Shown here piece by piece: positions 23,821-33,554 of a stretch of DNA of 33,554 nt; position 1 is the first letter of the stretch; each line of letters starts with the position of its first letter. The stretch covers positions 1-33,554 of the forward strand of contig JBHGNT010000335.1 in NCBI GenBank assembly GCA_043228905.1. Reading direction: 5' to 3'. This stretch comes from Azolla caroliniana (Eukaryota > Plantae > Polypodiophyta). Position numbers and translations under genes: made by a program. Under the pieces are notes generated by a model that saw nothing but the letters and a program-made list of their open reading frames with translations, did no database searches and was not told where the DNA came from.

Positions 23821-24717
23821 TATGTCAACGTTGTCATCTACAACTGACTGATTTTAGCCTCCTAAAATTGTGCATTGGTACATAAGATGTCGCCAAATGA
23901 CATATTCCGTTAGACTTAGAGTTTGGGTGCAGTCACTGATTATGAGATATCTTAGGTCCATTGGTATGGAGAGTTTGATACTAATTTCAGCCCAATAAAA
24001 TGGTGGTTAAGAAATTTACTTGTGTGGATTTTGATTCTAGAAGAGGTGCTCAAATGACATCTGCTCTGGATTTCTTATCTGGTTTTCTTATGTCATTACT
24101 ATTGTGCATGTGTATATTTTCATGTGGACCACTAAAATAATGCTTTAGAGATTTACTCCTGCATTGATGTAGCATAAGATGCCCAAATGAAACATTTTCC
24201 CTAGATTTGTTGGTGATTTTTGCCAGTCCTCACCATACATACATATGTTTTAATTCATCACTCATAAAGCATGGTACACCATACTATTACCACCTTTTGT
24301 ATGTGGGGTGTGTTTACCTTGATATGCATACAATATTGTCTTACTTATATTTAATGCTGAATTTATTTGGCTGCATGGTAGCTTATTTGATGATTGATGG
24401 GTGGTTTTACTAGAAGTACATGTGCCTTAATATATATGTCGAAATGATGTATGCATAGCTTGGCATTGTAATATCCCCTTTGCTTTGATATGTCTAGTTA
24501 TATGTAGAATTGCCAGCATCTTTGATAAATTCTGACATGTCCTTTGTTTTCATATGGTTAGAGAATAGGAATTCTACCTTGGCATCGAAAAATACGTCAA
24601 GAAGAGGTTGTATAGTATTGTAAGGTATTATGATAACCCACAATTTGATTGAGGAACCCATTGCAAAATAGGCCCACAATTGGGCAGCACCAGTAGGTGC
24701 ATAACTAGGGCAGCAAA

Positions 24718-27700
24718 ATGGCAGCCAATCCAAGGTTTGAGATCAATTCGGGAAGTCCAGAAAGTGCTGCTGCATTTGGTTACTCTAACCCTCACAGAGC
24801 TCATTTTTCATCTGGGGGGACTACTGGACCAAATCTCGAAAGGTCATCAAGTTCTCGAGAGAATCACGATGGCAGTGGTAGAGTAGTGCCTCCAGGACCA
24901 GGATCAAGCTTTCCAAGTCCAGCTAGTGCTAGTAGCCATGGTGATCTTCTCAACATGTCGCACATCCTTTCTTTAGAACTGATATCATCGGTAGAGCAAA
25001 AATATGCCCGACAATTAGAGTTGAGGAGTGCAACTGTTGCTGCCATGGCCACGGTTGCCATGGCCACGGTTGGGGACGCTCCAGCAAATTTGCAACAAAA
25101 GCCTCTTGAGCAGCAAGGAGTAGAAGAACTCAAGCGAATCAAGTTGAGCTTGTATGAAAATGCAACCAGGGCAAGGTAGTGCGTGTTCCATTTTATCATC
25201 TCTGCTTAATAATATAGAAAAGCTACAACGTACTCTAAGTTTTTCTTTATTTCCCCAAGAGTCCCTAAGTTCTTGTGGTTTTTCCATACGCTTTCTTGGG
25301 CCATTACCTCTCCTATTTGAGCAATTATATGCCCAATGCATCCCTGTCCTTTTTGAATTGGGATCAGGGCATTTGGGAAAATAAAGAAAAACACAGGGTT
25401 ATTTTGGAGATTTCACATTTAAAAGTTATACTATGCTGTGAAAAATGTCTTTGAACTCATTGATTTTAAGCCTTCAACTTCTTTAGAGAGAGGTCACGCG
25501 CATTATCTGAGGCTCTCAATAAACTTGACAAATTCCGAGCTTCTCTTCAAATACGAAAACGGCCTCGAACAGAAGGTGCTGGTCATGAGCGGCAGATAGC
25601 TTCTAGTTCAGGGGATAGATCAACAATCGCTACAGCTGCTGCTGCTGCGAATGCTAGCAAAGCTACTTTCTGTGCTTCTCCAAGTCACACAGAGGGGAGC
25701 ATGGCCAAGCCAGATGAAAAGATCAAAGGAGGGGTTCCAAACAAGCGGATGCGTACATCCATGCAAGATGTACGGGTATGTCTTGCTATATCTCTTTTAC
25801 TGAACTAAGCATGTGACTGGGTGATGATGAAGGGGGTACTAATTAAGGAATCGTAAGGGGTCACTATGATGATGGTTTGAAACCCTGGAATTATAGAAAT
25901 GTTGGGATAAATGTTCAAATTTCCATACAACATTTCCTTATTGTTGGCCATTACTCCTATTAACTGATGGGTAGAAGTTTCAAGAACATTGATCTTGAAA
26001 CTTGCCAAAACTCTTCAAAAACCTTGAAATATATCCATGCATCTAAGATTTGGCGATATTTTTCTAACTGACTTGGCATGCAATGGAGTTTTATCATTTT
26101 TCTCCCTTATGTTTTATAACTGAGCAAGAGTACTTGCATATCTTTGTAGCTTGAGAGTCGCACAGGGACAACAGCCTTTCAGAGATCATCTGCAATAGGT
26201 GATCGAGAACGTGAGCCTGTAAAGCCTTTTGGAACTGTATCAGATGAAAAGGACCGTATAGTTCAAGGTAGTGGAGAAGCATGGGAGAGAACAAAGACAA
26301 AAGGTAAAAGGTCAGCAACTAAATCGGACATTATTATTGCAAGTGGAGCAACAGGAGTTTCAGAAATTGAACGCGATCATAAATGGGGCACTCAGCATCG
26401 AAGTAACACTGATACTCGTCCCAGGCCAAGTGAGGGCCATAGCTTCAGGTCAGCTTTAGAGGTTTTTTTGATGCACTTTTGATTTGGCATGTTTTTGTGT
26501 CATTTGGCACTGAGGACGTTAATGTAACTTGCTTTCTTTTTTTTCTTTTTTTCTTTCTAGTCAATGATGTGGTGACAACTCATATCCTCTCAATAGGAAT
26601 CGACTTAATTCATTTTTCTTGAAACAGGTCTGGTCCTGTGCATGGCGTAGTGTCTATACATAAGTCTGCAGTAAGGAATGAACCTGATACCACAGTTTCG
26701 GTTGGGGACAAAGGAGATCGGTTTCTTTTCCCTGAAAAGGATCGAGCAATGCTGAAGGGCAGTGTCAAGTATGTTGAGATATAGTAGTATAACTGTTTCT
26801 TTCTTTCTTTGTCTCAGTAGGGTGATGGGGGGATTTGAAACCCTGATCTATGTCTTACAGGGCAAGGACCCATACCACATGGCTAACTCCCCTTGCTATC
26901 ATGTATAGCTACTAACATTTTATTTTTTAGTTGCACCTTTCTCTTAAATGTCCTATAATACTACAGGTTGTTACATAAGGATGAAGGGGCACTTCTGAGC
27001 TCATCAAATGTTGGCAAACCAAAGGCTGCACGCGCTCCTCGTACTGGTACAGGAATTCCTATAAATCCTAGTAGTAGTGGAGCTCATGCTTCACGTCCAC
27101 ATTCAGCTGAAGTGTGGGATCGTACAACAACACCAGCAGCACCCACCAGAGCCCAAATCCCTGTAGGGCCAAGCAACAACCGGAAGAGACCAGCACCAAC
27201 AAGGTCATCATCTCCTCCAGTAGCACAATGGGTTGGGCAAAGATCACAGAAAATGTCTAGAATCGCAAGAAGAATGAATGTGGCATCCCCGGTTGGTCCA
27301 TCTGGCTTAGGAAGGGATGAAGCTGTAAACACAATAGAAGGCGACTCTGCGCGTGATAGCATAGCCACCCCTTCAGGTTCACGATCCAACCTTAGTATTT
27401 TGCCCAATACAAGCCTTTTGAAAAAAGTCCCCAGCACTGTGGCCCTTTCACAAATGAAGGCAAAATTGGAAAGGGTTCATTCTCCAGCAGGCCTTTCAGA
27501 GAGTGAAGACTCTGAGGGCGGGGATGCCAAGTCTAAAGAGAAATGGAAAAAACATGGAGATACTGAAGCTAGATTCGGAGGGGTCAATCAAAGGATTGCA
27601 CCTTTATTTTCTCCTGGGAAAAAATCCCGTGTGGGGTCGAAAGAAGAAGGTGGAGATGGGATTCGTCGACAAGGTAGGAGTGGTCGGGGCATGATTGCTG

Positions 27701-30700
27701 TACGAGAAAGCTCCACTATACCCCCTCATGTAGAAAAAGGAGACGTTGCTGCAAATGCAAAGCAAATGAGGAGTGCAAGGCCAGGGACTGAGAAACCAGA
27801 GAAGCCTGCTGATGTGTAAGTTGGGAAAATAGAAATAATTATGCTCATATGCTTTCAAATGTGATGGCTTAAATTTTTTTTTTCTCTTTCTCTTAATGAT
27901 GGGATTGATCACCAGTTGTGGCATTGAACTCCAAACATATGGGTTATAGGGGAAGGGCTTGAACCATTAGGTTAATTTGACCCTGTTAAGTGATTACTGT
28001 GTCAACTTGTCTATTGTACGATAATAAATCATCTACCTTGCAGCAAGCCTGGACGGCCACCTACAAAGAAGGGTGGAGTAGGAGATCGCAAAGCTCTAAC
28101 TAGGCCAAGACGACCAGCCATCAATGGAAGTGGAGAAGTTTCAGGTATATCTGAAGTGCTCTTTTTTGCCTCTAACCTGAGGTAGATTCATTTACTAGCA
28201 AAACCAAAAAAGGCGATTGCAAGACTATTGGCATTATCTTATTTGAGAGGTGTGTGTCTGTATTATTATGCTAGGTGAATTTGATGATGATCATGAGGAA
28301 TTGATGGCTGCTGTACAAGCTGCAATAAATGCTAGCTGTAAGTCATTTCTATATGGAGGAGAAGATCTGTGAGTAACTAATAGTGAATTGATCTAATGCC
28401 TTTTCTATTGCAGCACATGCCTGTTCCAGTGTATTCTGGAAAGAAATGGAACCTTTCTTTGCTTATTTGACACATGATGCAAGGGAAAGCCTGAAAATAC
28501 AAGTGAGTTCTTGAATAAACATTTACAAATACATGATAATAAGATAGTATGGGTTTATTCACCATTCTCTGTGTGCTTCATTTGTAATTCAGGTCAGAGC
28601 AAGAGAATCTGAAGAAGAAGATATATTTCCTGGACTATTTGCTACTGATGATTGTGTTGAGAAGGTTTATTTCATAATCTGATTATGAGTCAAAAGATTT
28701 TTCAATTCTTCTGTTAATTTTTGTGTTCTGATTGGTGTAAATGCTACAGAACTCTAGTTTTCTCAACACCTCGGGTGCTGGAAAGAAATTGGCAAATGGC
28801 TCAGAGGTCAATGGAGGTACAGTGTCCATGGCTTTCAACAATCTAAAGGAAGAACAAGGTTCTGATGCTGGAACTGGGGGTTGGGTTACTTCCAAACAAC
28901 TACCCCTCTCGCAAAGGCTTTTAGCAGCTCTCATCATTGAAGAAGACATAGATGATGAAAGCAGAGAAGATGGTAGGCAGTTTGAATTTCCAGGTCATGC
29001 TGGAGATGGATCACCCAGTGACAGTGAACAAGCTGGAGTCGATAAAGAGCAAGATTCTGAATCTGAAGTAGAGACGAGAGGAGGTGATAGTGGAAAGCTT
29101 AATGGATGGTCGAAAAGGTCACCATATGATTCTTCATATACTTCTAATGGCCATAGACATTGGGATTCTGAATCTGAACTTCTAAATTCTCCAGCTAAGT
29201 CGAAAGAAGAAGAAAAGCACTCATCAGATATCAATGGTTTGAATAAATTAGATGGCACATATCAGAACTTAAAGTTGGATGACAGGATAGCCTTGGAGCT
29301 TCAAAGCATAGGATTATATCCTGAGCCTGTATGTTTCATTCTAGAACTTCACTTCTGTGTGTATGTTCTATTCAGTCCACTAGTTTGGAGCAATTAGTCA
29401 CCTATGTGTTTAAAATAATAGTATGGGTAGTATATTTGTAGTGCATCTTTTATGTCTTAATCAATTTCTATTATCAGGCTGACTTTGTGTTGAGAGAAGA
29501 TGACCAGATTGCTGAAGAATTAAAGAAAACTTATATGGACCTTAAAGAGCAGGTAGAATATCTTTCCTGCAGAATAAAGAATTCTTTTAATTCCTGTTGT
29601 GCCAAGCCTTATCTTTTGTTTTGGGGCAGGTACGCAAAAATAAAGAAAGGTTGTCTTCATTAGAAAAAGTTATTTCCAGTTCACAAGAAGCTGAAGAAAG
29701 GTATGCAATGTAATATGCAGTAGTTTTTTATTTCTTTTACACATTTGTGGTTTATATGTACTAATATGATTCCACAATCTATAATTTTAAGATGACTACA
29801 ATGGGTTTTGCATAATTCAGGGTCCGTGTGATAGAAAGTTAATAGGATGTGGGGTCATTGTGCTTTTTGCATTATCGTATATTGGTTCCCATTTGGCATC
29901 TTTTAAATATCAATGATTTGAATTGGTGTTTTTGCGCAATGTAGAGAGCGAGAGCAATTGGCTATGAGGAAACTTCTAGAGAATGCATTCAGCAAACGAT
30001 TGGTAAGAACGTCAAGTACTGTTTTGGGTACACTTGTACCCTATATACAAAGATGAACTGTTTCTTCGAAGTGTGGATGACCTTTTCGTTATATATATGA
30101 TTGCTATGCTTGATCCCAAGGCCATATTCTTGTCACAACAAGTTAACTAATCCAAAATCTCTTAAATATCGCTGAATGCATTTTACAACTAATAAAATAG
30201 CGACTTAAGGTGGTGGAAGGGGTGTAATGCATTTTAAACATAGCTAGGAGCTTAGGTAAGTTGGAACACATCTAATCTAATTTTTGCATTGTCTGAGCTA
30301 GTGCATGCATTTTTTTGTTTATATATCGAAAAAGAGTGATCTGCAGAGATATGATGTTAACTAATAATTCTAGAGCACATCTGTGTCAATAAGATTCTCC
30401 CTCTGTAATGCAACAATGCCAATGATTTTTTTTTTCTTATAGATTTGTGCCTATTCATTTCTATTTTCAGGGTAGCCGTGGAGGTCTTTTAGGGGTTTCA
30501 GGCAGTAAAAGTGCAGCATCCAAAGCAGGGCGAGCTGCTGCTTTGGTGGTAGCAAAAAGATCTCTAACAAGGTGGAAACATTTTATGGAAGCTGGGGAAA
30601 GTTGCTTCATCGAGCCAGGTTTACGGGATGTTCTCTTATGTGTTTCATCCAAAGACAGAGAAACAAAAACATTGTCAAACAATGACGAGTTGCGTGCCAG

Positions 30701-31838
30701 TATTAACTCAGTTGGCCTATCTTTGATGGGTCCTTTGGAGCTGAAAATGGCAGGTTTGCTCCATACTGGGAAAGGAAGAAAAAGATCCATCAACATTTAC
30801 ATTTACCCACACATTTGAGCAATCATATGCAGATTGCCAAAAGCAAAAAAATAGAAAAAAGAAACATTCTCCCACTTGTGCATCTTTATAGCATGCATTT
30901 CTGGCAGAGCTGCATACTTTCTCTTTATAATGAGAAAATGCATGCATCTCTTTCAGGAAAGATTCTATGTTCTCTGCATGAGTATACGTTGTTAATGCCC
31001 AATTCATGATGCCTCACATTTGAAAGTTGTTGTTCTTTTGAGAAAGTTGGCACTATATAACTCCCCTACGTAGTCATCTTGCATCAGCCTGTAACTTCAA
31101 CATGCATTTGTCTGAGCATTCATATGAGACACGTCCACATTTCAAAAATGAAAAAAGAAGTTATGCATGTGTTCTGAATCTTACTAACACCCCTTTCTTT
31201 CTGGTGCTTCACGTATAGCTTCAGGAGGAACACGATGGATTTGCAATGCATCTGGCACATACAAACCTGAGAAAGCATCGTATGATCCAATCACTCCTTT
31301 GGATCGATACAGAGGGAAGGAGGAGATCTGGAGCAATCGGTCGAAAGAAAGAGAGGTTCTTCTTGAAGATGTGGTGGGGAGTAGTGGTGTTCCATGTGGA
31401 ACAAAAGGCAAGAGGAGTGAGAGAGAGAGAGATGGCAATAATAACACAAAAGGTCGACCCAGCCTCAGTGTAAGTGTGAGTGTCGGAGGTGCAGTCAAAG
31501 GAGAGAGAAAGACCAAAACAAAACCTCGACAAAAGACTGGACCATTGTTAAAGGCCGTGAATGGATTGTTAGGTAAACAAAATGAATCAACATCTTCAGG
31601 TAGGGTCAAGTCCGAGCCTTCTTCATTGGTACTTGGAGTTGACCCACGGAAGGAGGAAGAGGCGACACTCGACCTTTCCCATTTGCAAATTCCTAGCATA
31701 GATGAACTTAGCGGTCAAGGTCAAGATTTGGGGTCCTGGTTGGACTTTGATGATCCAAGTTTACCAGATGCCAGTGGGGATTTTGTGGGTCTGGATGTTC
31801 CACCAGATGATTTGGCGGATCTAGCGATGATGATGTGA
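24718..31838 (+). CDS. ADA3: ADA3-domain SAGA histone-acetyltransferase complex subunit (plant SCS1/SCS2 family, AT4G29790/AT2G19390/AT5G22450-like); 15 coding exons, 1348 aa
   Basis: Phase-consistent GT-AG exons: 24718-25175, 25487-25775, 26150-26448, 26628-26768, 26967-27815, 28044-28144, 28275-28337, 28414-28502, 28593-28664, 28750-29328, 29478-29552, 29630-29700, 29945-30002, 30471-30753, 31219-31838 (4047 nt). Family motifs: SSSPPVAQWVGQR.QK, GDGIRRQGRSGR, KPGRPP, DDDHEEL, FWKEMEP, PLSQRLLAALI, LDDRIALELQSIGLYPE, KGKRSERER, KGERKTKTKPRQKT, GQDLGSWL, GLDVPPDDL. Exact orthology is not determined. Confidence 0.85.
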
Positions 31839-31875
31839 GTGAGGACATAGCTCTCTAGTCTCATACTCTACTTTA

Positions 31876-31994
31876 TGCTTTTTGGAAGAAGGTGAAGGAG
31901 AGCCTTGTAAAGCCTCCATATATTCTCTTGTCTAATACTAAATGCTTTTGGAAGAAAGTTGAGGAGATCCTTGTAAAGAAAGCCATATACTTCT
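31876..31994. repeat. two-copy direct repeat in the 3' UTR (~66-bp period)
   Basis: ATGCTTTTGGAAGAA..GGAGA.CCTTGTAAAG..CCATATA at 31876 and 31942. Confidence 0.75.
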
Positions 31995-33554
31995 AGGTGT
32001 TCGGAAGCCTTCTAAAGATGGGCACTTTGATTTTTTCTTTTCTAATGTATATCCATGATCCCTTTTGTAACAAATCCTTCTTGCCGAATCGTTGACGAGC
32101 AAGTTCCATGTACAAAGATATCGAAGTTTCAATTGTGTAAATCTTGATAAAGGCACCTGAATTAAGAGGGGGCGCTTTTCGATGCAATTCGTCTTGGCCA
32201 CGAATGCTACTAACTGGGTTGCCTAATCACTTATATGACGCATTGTAACTTAAATTATTCTTGAAGCTCTAAACAATCTTGGAGTTCTCATATTCTGAGA
32301 AGAACACCATTGTATTCGATGAAAGCTCTTTGGGGTGCTGAAACTTTCCGTTTTCTTTTTGTAATTTTGCTTAGTTTCTTTCAGTGCAGCTACCATCAAT
32401 GTGGTGTTGAAACAACAGACTTGGAATCATTGGCCATGTGCAAATGCATACCAAGAGATATTTATTCATAATTTCAAACGTTTGTAAATGTAGTAAGATG
32501 ATTCTACGACAGTGGTTGCATGAAAAATATGAATCACTTGAGAGATCTTTCCAGTATGTAAAGTTCAAGTTCTATGTTAAGGTTTTGCGGGAAACAATTT
32601 TCTTGCAATTCCCAGATACAAACCAAGAAATTATATTATATTTATTGGAATTCTAACTTTTTTCATTGAAAGAGTGTATATATATATAGGGCTAGAAGTG
32701 AAAGGGTTCTCTTAAAGTAAAAGTAGGAATTTTATAGTTTGGATTTCTTTTAAATGGAGAAGCCTTGTTCAGAGTTTGCCTCAATTTGGTACTGCCCTTG
32801 CAGCTGCACTTTACCCCTAGATGGTTCAGTCAACTACTGTGCCTCAACACATTTCGGGAATAATCAGCTAGCTCTGGGTTTTTATGGCATTTCACCCGTA
32901 ACAACTCATTTGCTGATTTCATAAACAAGCTCAAATACAACTATGAGATATAGTTTTTTTGTTTATGGATGACATGATTGCATAAATTGTCAAGCTACAT
33001 CAATAGAGTTTAGTATGGGTAAAGCTGTTGGGGGTATTAGAATAACTTGGATGGGAAACAAGTTGTAACAAAATTTAACCTTTGGTCATTGCCACTTATA
33101 GTTGACCATTTGTTACTTCTCAAATAAAAGCTTGTCATTTGTTAAAAGGAATATGAAATGAAACAAAGTTAAATGCCTTATGGATCTGTATGAAGCTCTT
33201 TTGTGATGAATGAATCTGATAAAGTTTTGACAAGCACAACCTATAGATGTAGACATATGATTCATTTTCTTCTATTCCATATTAAATGGCTTTCGTTAAT
33301 AGTGTTTAGTGTGGATAAAGCTATTAGGAATATTGGAATAATTTAATCTAGGACATACAATTGGCCCTAATAAAATGCAACTTCTTAACTTGTGAAAACA
33401 ATAATGATTAGCGAAATCTACATATAATGCTTGCTAATGCGGTATCACCATATATTGACTTCACTAAGGAAAGAAAGTCGTTTAGTGGCTTGTGAAACAT
33501 TTGGGTCTACAACTCAAGCTTGAAAATTCACATGGTACCCCATGGTTGGTAATG

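Noticed and set aside
24494-31699. Antisense ORFs over the host gene's exons
   Set aside because: They mirror + strand exons that have consistent splice sites and family motifs.

Overview
Eukaryotic plant genomic DNA, probably from a non-seed plant such as a fern (inferred from the TE and PPR content). The left ~21 kb is mostly decayed transposons. Three related, same-orientation Ty1/copia elements are stacked at 1-5219. The two whose 3' ends are visible carry an unusual in-frame extension after RNase H, bracketed by a duplicated PPT. They are followed by a 5'-truncated RTE/RTEX-type LINE, a candidate tRNA-derived SINE, a chromovirus integrase/chromodomain remnant, a decayed gypsy gag interrupted by a hAT-type MITE with a perfect 8-bp TSD, a near full-length decayed L1 on the minus strand, and PPR pseudogene fragments. 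The right ~11 kb holds one apparently intact host gene with 15 coding exons (24718-31838, 1348 aa by my splice model) encoding an ADA3-domain SAGA subunit of the Arabidopsis SCS1/SCS2 family. It is preceded by a 117-bp tandem repeat and a first intron built from degenerate telo-box-containing repeats. Family assignments come from motif recognition, not database searches.
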